From: Botryllus schlosseri
Lineage: Eukaryota
Length of the DNA stretch: 64,000 bases
Reading direction: 5' to 3'
Assembly: GCA_051294905.1 (NCBI GenBank)
Contig: CM119382.1
Location: 11,904,001 to 11,968,000, forward strand
This document shows, piece after piece, positions 24,201-36,200 of this stretch. Under the pieces are notes generated by a model. It did no database searches. It had not been told where the DNA came from and was given only the letters and a program-made list of their open reading frames with translations. Position 1 is the stretch's first letter, and every line of letters begins with the position of its first letter. Position numbers and translations under genes: made by a program.

Positions 24201-27200
24201 TTGCCAAAATTGTACGTACACCCATATTTGGAGGTACAGAACTTCAATACAATTGCATAGCATATTCATATTGAAATGAACCCAAATAATTTCGGCTGAC
24301 ACTCGTCAGGGGTAATCGTCAACAACTAGTAGAGAATTGAAAAAGAACATCGTTTATCAACGATTGTATCACAAAATATGACGTCACCAGCATGAAATTT
24401 GCGATACGATTGTTGATATACGATGTTCTTTTTCAATTCTCTATTAGTTGCTGACGATTACCCCTGACGAGTGTAAGCCAAAATTACTCGGGTTTATTTA
24501 ATATGAATATCAATATACTATTCAATTGTATATTTAAATAAATGAAGATCGTTGAACCGCATTACACTGAACTACTTATTCTGCGCAAAATAATAGATAA
24601 TACAGTTGCCTGAGACACCGTATCTCATAAAATTCTTCTGTTGTCGCGGTGCCGCGAACTGATTATCCCATTGACATAGGGGGACGCGACCTCAAAAAGT
24701 TTGAGAACCAGTGGAGTTCAACCTACACTGACCTGGCAGACACTTAACCACGAGCTGTGCCATTACGAAATCAGTTTGTGTAACCGGAAAAAGTCAGGCA
24801 ATTTGGTTCGCCACAGTCGAAGCGCTGTAATCCAAACATAATCGCAGTGTATCCTTATCGACCGTGAAAATGTCGGATTACGTTGGCATTTCGCGACACG
24901 GACGGCTTATTGCCAGCGTTGCTTTATCGGGCCGTTCCATCGTTTCATCTCGTGTCTGCCATGAATGGCGGCATTGAGAAATACGAGACGGGTCGCTGAT
25001 ACCCTGTTTATCAAACAAACACGCGGTTTTCTGGAATCAATTGCAAACAGGTTGGGTTCATGAGGTATTTTCCATAGCACCATCTCATATCATAATGTGT
25101 ATTACGTGAAAGGAAAAAATACAATATGATGCGCAGGTCCGTCCGTGAACGTAACGGGTGCCACTTATCATACACAGTTCGAACGCAAATTGGTGATGAA
25201 GTTTCAAGTTTTCAAATGCGGTAGAGCGGGGTACGTACGTCGTACATATGTACCATAGGCTGCGGCTGGAGATCAACACGCATTTCGATTTGAGAACATA
25301 GGCTTTCAAGATTTGGGCCGGAATTGTCTCGGCGATTTGCAGCAACTGCATTGCAATTTGGGACTTGGAAGAGGATTTGTGACCGGGTTCGAATCTCGAG
25401 GAATTTGTATTAAAAAGAATACGTCAAATACGCTATCTCTAGTGTGAAGAATAATCGCAGCATATTCTTCACAAGATATGGCGTATTGAATTAAAATAAC
25501 ACGCACATACAATTTAGTCAGAAACGACGGCCCGCATTGGAAAACCTTCGGATGCAGCGACCCGTTGCGGGCAAGACGAGACGTGCTCACTAGGGCTCTT
25601 CAAAAATGACTTTTTTCTCAGATCGTACTGGCTACTTGATAAAATTCTTAGGTTACCTAATTTATGCCTACACACGAATTTTGGTTCAATTCCAGCCAGT
25701 AACCGCTTTGCTACAGGAGAAGAAAGTTTCTATTTATTATATAAAAATAAATAATAAAAAATTTGAAAATTTTCTGTTCACCCCATGAAAGTGTTAGGCT
25801 GTCTATAGAAACGATGCTCACCAAATTTGGTTCAATTCCAACCAGTGGAAGCGGAGTTATTGCCGTCGAAAAATTTGGATATGAATAAAATAGTATTTAC
25901 GGTGACCGATTCTTTGTTTATTTATTATAATTGTACTCACCGTAAATACTATTTTATTCAAATCCAAATTTTTCGGCGGCATTAACTCCGCTTGCACTGG
26001 TTGGAATTGAACCAAATTTTGTGTGTACGCTTAAATTAGGCAACCTAACAATTTTATCAAGTAGCCAGTACGATTTGAGAAAAAAAGTCATTTTTGAAGA
26101 GCCCTAGTGCCCACTGCCCATACGACGACAACTAATTTGAGATTGACAGGTTTCGATTAGTACGTGTCCTTAAACAACATACATATCCTTGGATATCAAT
26201 TTTATACAATATATCCCAAATCCTATCCTTGTTCAATTTATCCTTGTAATTGTACTGACGTCAATAGAGGAACTACACATTGCTTCGCACGCGTCTGGCA
26301 ATAATAGATATTTGTGGCACGTAAATGCATCGTTAGTACACTCGCCTCGATTATCAATTCGCACCAATCGGATGTATGCACAAATGTCATTTGCAATGCG
26401 TTTTTTACTGTTCCTGGGTGACGTCACCATATTCGGAATGATACGTTCGCGTCGCCAAAATCCTTCTTACGCCTGTCACGGGAGATAAGCGATTTCGCCC
26501 AAGTCAAACAGCTTTCATCATCATTTCCATGGTAACAAACGCATGATATCACCCGTTTAGAGCATCATGAAATAGTGATTCGTGTGATCAGACGGTACAT
26601 TGTCAGTTAAATGCACCCGGCTAGTCCATCGCTAAACAGGTGACGTGGGTGATAAATAGATATCACCTTCGTTTGATACCAATCCAGACTACGTTTAGCC
26701 ACCTTATCTGACCAGCTTTCCTCGTGATATTATAAACATGCCACATACTACATATACCAAACACCAGACCAATATTAGCTGCTCTAAAACCGTGCTTCAA
26801 CTCTAAGCATTACACGAACAAGTCCGTGGGCCTGCGCAGTGCAACGCAACCATAAATAATAATCAAGTTCACAGCGGCGTAAACCTAGCAATTCCCCTGC
26901 GACAATAGCCTTCTCAATGAATGCAGCACAATAGATAGTCTGCCTACCTGAACCGCCGCATTCCCTACGTAGCGGTCTCTCTTAAGATGAGCTTATCTAT
27001 AAAGTGCCAACATCCGAAGACACGTTTATTAGAGTAATTTCTCTTAGCTAGGCTTCGCTATAATGACTGAAACCTGCATAGGAACCTGTCCAAGTGCCAG
27101 CACGCTGCGTTTGTATACGAAGGCGCGTTGAGCGTCGTGTGGAACTCGTTAGTTATGCGCCAGTGCACCAGCTTGAGCAATGAGCATAGCTGCGCTTTAC

Positions 27201-30200
27201 CGTATTTACGATTTGGTGTATAGTTTAAGGGTCGATTGGTTTTCAATCGATGTGCGTTTATCCGCATCAGGTAATTGAAATGAACACGCGCCGATAGCAT
27301 TTTATGTACATCGCCGATTAGTCGGTCAACGCGACACGAAAAAACAGCAAGTAAAATTTTATTGATCAAAATTGAAACCGCTTTACGACCTAAGACAAGA
27401 CCCAAGAGTAAAATGCGGATTTGTAAAAATATACATCGTGAAAATGTTTACGAGCGGACGGCCCCAACAAAATCATAAAGCCATCAAACCGCGACGGCAC
27501 TCTCGTATAAGACAGTTCTCAAGGTAACGCCATCAATCTTGAAGATACGTCTCAGAGGTGGGAATAGTGAACTTGAATATTTTAAAGCTTTATTACTACC
27601 ATAGATGAAAGTATTATAGTCGCATGTGATTTTATATACCAACTTGCTTTTTCGCAACGTAATCCGGTGTATACTAAAGTCGACCAGCCTGCGTATTGAA
27701 GAGAATACATACATAACTTGAAATTTCGCAGATCTTTGGGCTTGTACAAATGTATGTACACTGTTCGCAACGCACAAATGAACGCGATTGGGTTGGTTAT
27801 CAAATCATGGCCCTATCGCTTCACAAGTTATTACGTGCTTCGTCCTACAAAAAGAGCACACACTTTACACAGACACAGCATATCGCGATATTGTACACCA
27901 CATAATCGCGAACCAATACATCAGTACCGTCGCCAGGATAACGATAACGATTCTCTGGGCGGTAAAACGACACTCCGATTGTCGTAGTTAATAAAAGGCT
28001 ATTCAAGTAGCACGCGACAAGCTGAATAGGGCCGCGACGCTTAATGAAACGCTGCCAAGTCACACCACACCACCGTGAAAATTACCCACACGGTGAGCGG
28101 TAAGCTACAGACACAGCATTAGGAACGGATCGAGCTTGCACGGGTCGGTCATCAGAAAACCGGTTCTACGCATTCCATATTCGGCGAAGATGTTATGTCG
28201 CGGACTTAGGCGAAATTACGAAATCATAAAAAAATCATAAAAAAACTCCCGCCTCTAGCCGTTATACCCAAGACTTGCCGTACTGTCAAGAAAGGAATCT
28301 GTGACGCAGCCTAATTACGATGGTGTACGAAATAGTGTTCATTAGCCGGAAAGCAATTGAGGCACACTTCACAGCAACAAAAACAAAATCAGACTCCTGC
28401 GCAACAGAAATAGCACCCGCACAGTAATGAGTTGCTCTGGTATGCGCAGAAATCGGACGTTAATTGGGGCGGTATCCGGCAGTGGTCAAGGCGCTAAACT
28501 TCATAAAACGGGAATTAAGATTCCAAACGAATTCAACACGAATCCACGGTGTCGGTTCCTTAATGAGCATTTCAGCGTATCTGCCTTTTGCTAATATCTT
28601 GTTCCGCGTCTGTAGCAGACACCACACACGCACCAACGTAAAACCCATTAGAAAAGTCACGATTAAGAGCTGAACGCAGTTTAACCCGCGCGAGTAATAG
28701 TATAAAAACAGTGTCTAGTGTCAACACATGTATGGCATCGATGTACAACACTATGATATCCAGCTACAACACACCACATATTACATCCTCTCCAAACACT
28801 TGGTGGACACTCGACAGCAGACACCTGCGGCGCGAAAATTGGATTTGCCCAATTCCGGCAGGGCCGCAATTCAATAAACGCAAGACGCCGAGTGTCTGAA
28901 CGGAGTCCCGGTGGTATTTTGCGTTTAAAGATTCAAACGCAGCGATATGCGCATTGACGGGTCGGCTGTCCGCGGAAAATTGACTACCCGCATCACCAGA
29001 CTTGTTCGGATTAGTGGTGAACTAGTAAACTAGAACTGCCCCCTTTTCAAAACTCGCAACTCTAACTAGAGCTAGAACTGACGACCTTTTGAAATCCGTA
29101 ACTATATGTAACTAAAAGACAATTATAACTAATAACTGCATAATACAAATTACTGATATGCAAACGAGCTAAGAAATATTGGATATAGAATCGTAATGTC
29201 AAGAAACGGTGTTTCGAGTATGAAATGGGAGGGCTTCCGACCCCCAACACCCACCCCATGTCTACGTCACTGTGTAAGTAGTGAGCTAGCAATGGCTGGA
29301 AAAACATAACACAACAGAACACCGGGATCATGATTCGCGCCAAACGCGTGGTTTTAGTTGCTCTACAACTAAATTATTCAAACTAGAACCGGAACTGCTC
29401 ACATTTGAAAATCGGCGACTATAACGGGAAGTAGAACTACTGACTTTTCAAAATTCTCAACTAGAACTGGAATTACTCAAAAAGCTGTAGTTAGTCGACC
29501 GTCAACTTACCGAATTAATAGTTTGTACTGTACAGGCCTATATACATACAATCGATCCCGATTACAGCATAACGAAATAGCGTTACGCTAGCCCCATTTT
29601 AATTGGATGGTCTTCCGGAAAGCGTGTTAATCACAGCTTTAAGTATAATTCCATTTTAGAACAAAGTCGACCAAAACAACGAAACAAGTTTCGTGGTTCG
29701 ATTCGAAGCTCTCACGCGCACTAGCTACGGTCTGCCGCCCACTACGAGGCAAATTTTAGCAGCATGTAATGGTCGGCTTAAAATAATTTTCGGGCTCGGC
29801 TGACAAAACAGTGACGTCATCAAACAATAGATAACTCTCTCGCGGTAATTAGTTTTCCAACGCATTCCGCTCAGGAGCGCGTCACGTACAGACGTTTAAA
29901 TTTAGACGACTCTGTCAGCTGCGCGCGCATGCAGTTTGCAAAGCATGCAGCATTGAGCGGCAAAGCGACGCATTTAGCGATGAACATGCCGAAATTGATC
30001 TCAATGAGCGAAAATTGGAAATCAGATACGTTTCTTCACTATTGAACATGAACATGGTGTATTGAATATCTAATATTAAATATTCTCGAATACTTGAATG
30101 TTGTTTTCAAGACTACATTCGTTGTGGAATAATTTATCCAACTTGAAGGCGTCACTTTTCTTGATAAGGGACACATGATAGGTCTTCGAGTTGAGTAAAT

Positions 30201-33200
30201 TTTCCTGCAATGAATGCAGTCTTGGAAGCACTTTGTATTTTGTACTGCACACAGTGTACGATAGTAGTACGAACCATATATTGCACAATCTAAAATCGTT
30301 AATTTCTTTCAAACAGATTGTAGACTGTAGTATCACGCACTCTGACTGAAGCACGCTAACTATCGTACCGGGGACGTGTACTGTACAGAATCGAGGTTTC
30401 AACAAATACCGGTTGACGCAGTGTCGACGACCCCCTTCCCTATTCCAAAATTTCGCAATCGGTCCGCTATCAAAAATGTTGCCTAACCCACACAACTCTA
30501 CCACTAATTCATTCAGTCATTTTATTATCATTATAATCATTTCGAAAGGCTATAAGATTGCGATAATATGAAATGATGGGAAGGCGTCGAAACGACCTTT
30601 AGTAATATTTCAGTCAGACACCCTCCTCGGCCTAGAATCTGTGAATCGGAGACATGCACATTGCACATTGCACACTTATGCAGTTGTACACTGACTGAAA
30701 CGTAACAGGAGATAACTAGACCAATATCAAAATGCAGCATAAATCCTCCTAAATATTATTATAGCCTTACGCTCGCGACATTAAATCTTTTCGTGGCTAC
30801 GAACTCGCGCGTAACCCTACACTGCCAAAACAGCACAGCGCCACGACGCTCTACCAACCAACGCTACACCCTCGCAATTCAAACATATCGACCGCCATTC
30901 ACAAAAATCGTCGGTCGCGCGCCATTGGCTACGCGACCACCCGACGCTAAATACCTCAACGCGAGACAGTGTTACCCCGCGTACAGCGCGCCGTGAGACC
31001 GACCCAACCCTTATCATACCGACACCGTCGAGATAGACTAACATTACCGAATCACCAACGTCAGGTCGCCCGTCATAACGCAACGTATCGCATATCGCAA
31101 CGCGGTCTCGGGTTGTAGTCAAAAATAATTGTGATCGATAGCGAACGGGTTAAGATTTCATCGCTAAAATATTTCCAGCACCGTAACATCACGGCGACTC
31201 ATTCCGAAATTAAGGCACTTCTCCGAACGTTATCGCTTAGTTTTGCATGACTAACAAGCGTCATATCACCGCCGCTCGTAGTTTAGAAGAGCGCACTAGG
31301 CTTCAGGATGATCAAAAAATCATAACAAAATTAATCAGTTCGATTGGAGTATTTGGTTGTGAAAAGCCACCCTGTGATGGAAGACATACCGTCGAATACG
31401 ATCGCACAGCTTTGCATAGCAAACAAGCGTCAACAATTGTAGTTTAGAAGGGCGCTAAAAGCTCCACACTACGGGGATATTCCTAAAAATTAATCACCGC
31501 GGATGGCGTATTTGGTTGCGATAACGCACCCAGAAACTGAAGAGATATCGCCAAACAGAAATTTTGCATGACTGAGAGGTAACGAGCGTCATATCGCGTA
31601 AAATTCAAAAATACTTATATTTATAAAAAATTAATTCGCGCATTGAAGTATTTCGTTGTGATTATATATTCAGTAATCGAAGACATATCGCCGAATACGA
31701 TCGCACGGTGTTGTATGACTAACAAGCGTCATATCGCCATCGCTCGTAGTTTGGAAGGGCGCGCAAAGCTCCAAAATGCGCGTATTCACAAAGATTATTC
31801 TGCGCGATTGGAGTATTTGGTTGTGATAACGCATCCTGAAATCGAAGACATATCTCCGAATGGGATCGCGTGGTTTTGCTAGTCAAACAATCGTCATATC
31901 GCTGTCGCGCGTATAGTTTAGAAGGGCGCACACCGCACAGTTTTCTGAAATAGACGCGACACGCACTTTCGTGGAATAAATTCAACGTGATGAGACTACG
32001 TTTGGCTGTAATAACACATCTTCAAATTGAGGACACTTAACCGAATGTGCTCGCATAGTTTGGCGTGGCTTACAGGCGTCATATCGCTAAGAAGGGCAAA
32101 CAACACTTCGAAATCTTATCAAAATTAGTCAATACAATTGGAGTATTTGGTTGCAATAAGAAATCTGTGTTTGAAGACACTTCACCGTATGCGACCACAT
32201 CGAGTTCTCCATGACTGAAAAGCGTCATCGCTATTACTCCGGGTTCAGAAAAGCGCGCAGATACCCAAAATAGACGCGTTTCTATGAAAATTACTCAATA
32301 CGACTGGAGTGTTTGGCTGAAATAACTCGCCAGTCGTATCGATACATATCCTCGAGACGCTCTATAAGCAAAACAGTGACCCGTGTCGGAATAGGTCATC
32401 TATAGCTGCCAATGCTGCTGTTCCAAACGGGTGGTATATCCTCTTGCAACCAACTTTTCACGCCAGTAACGCGGAGACTAAGAGCCGTGCTTTAAATACA
32501 TCCCAAATTCAGAGGTAAGAAAGGGCAGGCAGATATGCGTAAAATTAGTTTCGCATCATGCGAAATACGCATCATCGCACACTGACCGCGTGGCGTACTA
32601 AGCTGTAGAGTTGTAGCCGGCTGTAGTAATTTGAGACTATACGGGGTGAAGAAGCATGCGCAGTTCGCATCCATAACTACCAAGAAGATCACATCTTGAA
32701 TTCAGTGAATTTTGTTACAGCATCCTAGCGCCAGAACCCATGCATATTTCATATAAATACCTTCTATTAAGGCCGGATTAGGTAAATCGATACGGCATGA
32801 ACATCGAAATACATGTTAAGAAGACACAGACGCCATGAAAAATGTAACGCGATGTCAATGCGTGCAGAGTAAGACAAAATCACGGATGAATTCATTTCAA
32901 TCTTGCGCGAAGGAAGACAATACGAAGTCAGAAAGTCTGCAGTACGTCTTGTATCACGCAATCCAGGGATATCTAGTTCTAGATATCCCTGCAACCTGCA
33001 CGCAATCGCAGCAGATAATGCCGCGTAACTAACGATTGGTCGAAAACAAAGTCGAGTCAGGAGAAATGCGCGAGTATATATTCAAGAATCAAGAGGATAC
33101 GGGCAGTTTGAACTTCAATTTGAAACTGAAAGTATGCCTCGCAATATTTGACAACATATTTTCTCCTGAATGATACAAGACCGGGATGACCAACGATTCG

Positions 33201-36200
33201 GACTTGAAACGATCCGAATTTGAAAAAAGGCTTTAGTCCGGAACAGGTTTGAATTTTGAAAAGAGTAGGTTGTCAGCCTCTGCAAGCAACTAGAATCTAA
33301 ACGACATCCAACGCCTTCCTTCTGCAACCAACATCGCGTAGATTAAACGTGTGAAGCTCCGAGCAAACACGGCACGGATACCTTTGCAGCAAATATTCGA
33401 TATCTCGAGCAAACCTGCAATTACAGAGGCGCTATCGCGATAATCGCATGCGCTAACACGCATATAATGCGGATCGCAAATAGTTTAGATGTGTCGCTAC
33501 ACGCAGAAAAACAAACATTGCATGCATGCGACGCCTTTCGGATATATTCGGAAAGCTATTAAACGACGTCACCCATGACGTCGTATCCTTACGTAGCTAC
33601 AAAAACGGTAGTAGCGCCGACAATAATAACCTGAATTGGTAACAAGTGTATTAGAAGTATAGTCTGTCAAAGAACACGAGCACACCCTGCCAAGTTCTGC
33701 CTCTATAAAAATCCTGACTGCGACACCTACAACGTATCGGACAGCTCAAGTGACATCGAGGCCGAACATTGGCGTCGGCTCCTGTCTTTTTAAACACACT
33801 TGGACATGCGTGAGAGGAGTCAGCAACGAAGATACGAGCATGGAATCAGATTTAGACTCGAAAGCACCACTAAGCGCCGAAAGTCTTATTTTCTCCTTCC
33901 GTTGTGGTGTAAATCTGGTAAATAAACATATTTACCACCTATCTACTACCCCGCTATTTACAGTATACTCCAATATGCGAGCGAACGATACTATGTAGCA
34001 TCCAACACGTTTCAATGTAAATTCACAAGCTCAGTCGATCGCCACTATTGAAATTAGAGATTCTGATAGTTGTGACGTAATTGGGACCTGCGTTCTGGTT
34101 ATATCCCATTGATATCCCAGGCCCATCCTGGTTATATCCTAGAACTGTCCATCTATCAGCGTAACGAAATTTCTGTGTATTTGTGACTCACTTCGCGCGC
34201 CTCGTCTCCTCTCGAACGTGACTCCGTTTCTTCTTTCAAACTCGCCACGGCGCGCATCAGTTCCACCCTATCACGCGACTCGCACACGCTGTATTCATCC
34301 TGCGAAACACGAAACCATCATTTTCGGGACAACAAGCTTCTGAAATGTAGCGGCTCTTTGCCCAGAATCCAGGCGTCCCTGGCTGGGTTACAACTGGGAT
34401 TGAGCTTAGGCCTGGATAAACCGATCTCGAAACCTCCGTAAATCTGGATTGGGCCGAAAGGTCTTCGATAATTTGATACAAAAACAAAGAAATATAGTTT
34501 AAAACGAGAGCTTAACCAGCGAACCGGAACCGTGCTCGCAGTGACGTCATTATGTTGTAATTACCAAAACCTAAAAACTTTGCGAACGCGTTCGGTCTGA
34601 TACCAAAACGGTTGGCATGTAGTATTGTACGATGACCCTTTCCTCTTACATCGCCCCATTTCAATTTCATGGAGTCATAATCAATTTGTGCTATCTGACC
34701 CCTGGTTCTAGCATCATATCCCACCTAATCTAGGATGCTATCACAAGAATGCCGCGGGGAGGATTACTACGCCAAAAATAAATTTGACAACATCGTAATC
34801 CCCGCTGTGTGGACTGTGGAGCACGATTGAATCGCATTACATAATGCCGGATCAAGCCGAATCCGAATCTTCGATCGTTCGCAGTTCGAAAGCTGGTGTT
34901 TAGGGTCATTTTGGAACTCGCGTTGTTGATACTCTTAATCAATAGGTACTTACCACTAAACGAAATTTCAAATGGGGAAATTATGTATTTAAGCTTTGAA
35001 AGTTTATGTAGATTTGGTAGTCGAAAGACAAAGCGAGTGGGTAGTGTCAAAGACCGATGGATCACTGGGACCGAAAATACTTGAAAAATTCTCCATTATA
35101 ATTCCATGATTACACTCCGTGAATTTGTCTACAATTACATGCTGACAGAATCTTTCCTCTCATGCAAAAAAATTCGACCTGCGTAAGTTATGGGGTCTGT
35201 GACGAATGATTTACGTTTTAAGGGGTGTAAAGTAAATTTGGATCGACATTTGCATTTTTCTATATCACCTTTCAGACTAACAAACCCGCCATAATTTTTG
35301 ATGTGAAGTATAGGGCTTATATCAAGGTACATAATGACACATATTTTTTGACTCAATATCATCCTCGAGTGGACTATTTTCAAGTCAATTACAATGTTTA
35401 TGGGGTGGGGGACCAATGGTACCATAGCCAAATCAAGCAAAATAGATGGACCAACTAATCACTTAACAACAGAAACTCGCCTACATATATATAGGCTGTA
35501 AATAATAGTTACCTGTGGTGTTTTATCGCTATTACGAGGTATTTGAAAGTCAAAATGTCGTTTTTCCGGTAATATGTATGTGGCAATAATTTTGTAAGTA
35601 TAGGCGTAAATTAAAACATTTTAGGCTAACATTTGAGTTGATATAATCTATTTTATTCTTGAAGGTCGCGACGAAACATTCTTCATTGGCTTGCTGTAGC
35701 TTAGCTCATAGTACACAACAAAACAAGTTAACAAATTTGAGTTTTTGAGCGTATGTCTCATAGGTCCCTTGGTCGTGTGCCTTTGGACCCACCGGGTGGG
35801 GACCGATGACACGTTCGAGCAACAAATTTTAAACGTTCATAAATATTTTTTGAAAGGGCGTATATTCATGTAAATGTCCGCGATAGGTAGAGCTTGTATC
35901 GAAGTGTTGAAACAGCAAAAGATCTGCTATTCTCGGCTGAAGATTTGAGAGCCAGAGATCATTTTGCAATTTTTGATCCATCGGTACCACATCTCCCCTA
36001 GTCCATGTGATCATCGTTGCTACTAAAGTAAAGGTAAAATTGGCGATTTACGAAAAAAATGATCCACCCATCAGCGGATTTCCACCGTTTCATCACATCC
36101 ATAAACCCGCGGCGTCCGGCCGCAGCAACAGCGGTCCGCGTTTCAAAATAAACACCGAATCCAAAGCCAAATCACCTGCAGGGCGTCCTCGGAAAGGGCG

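Noticed and set aside
27058-27405. 115-aa minus-strand ORF as another alternative exon
   Set aside because: Its donors are weak and phase 2 in that frame, with no good acceptor; incompatible with the acceptor at 260.
30076-30504. 142-aa minus-strand ORF
   Set aside because: No ATG start or motif; overlaps repeat fragments also seen near 52850.
31643-31882. Tandem array as a coding repeat (IEDISPN...MTNKRHI)
   Set aside because: Unit lengths such as 140 and 185 bp break the frame, and stops occur in most units.
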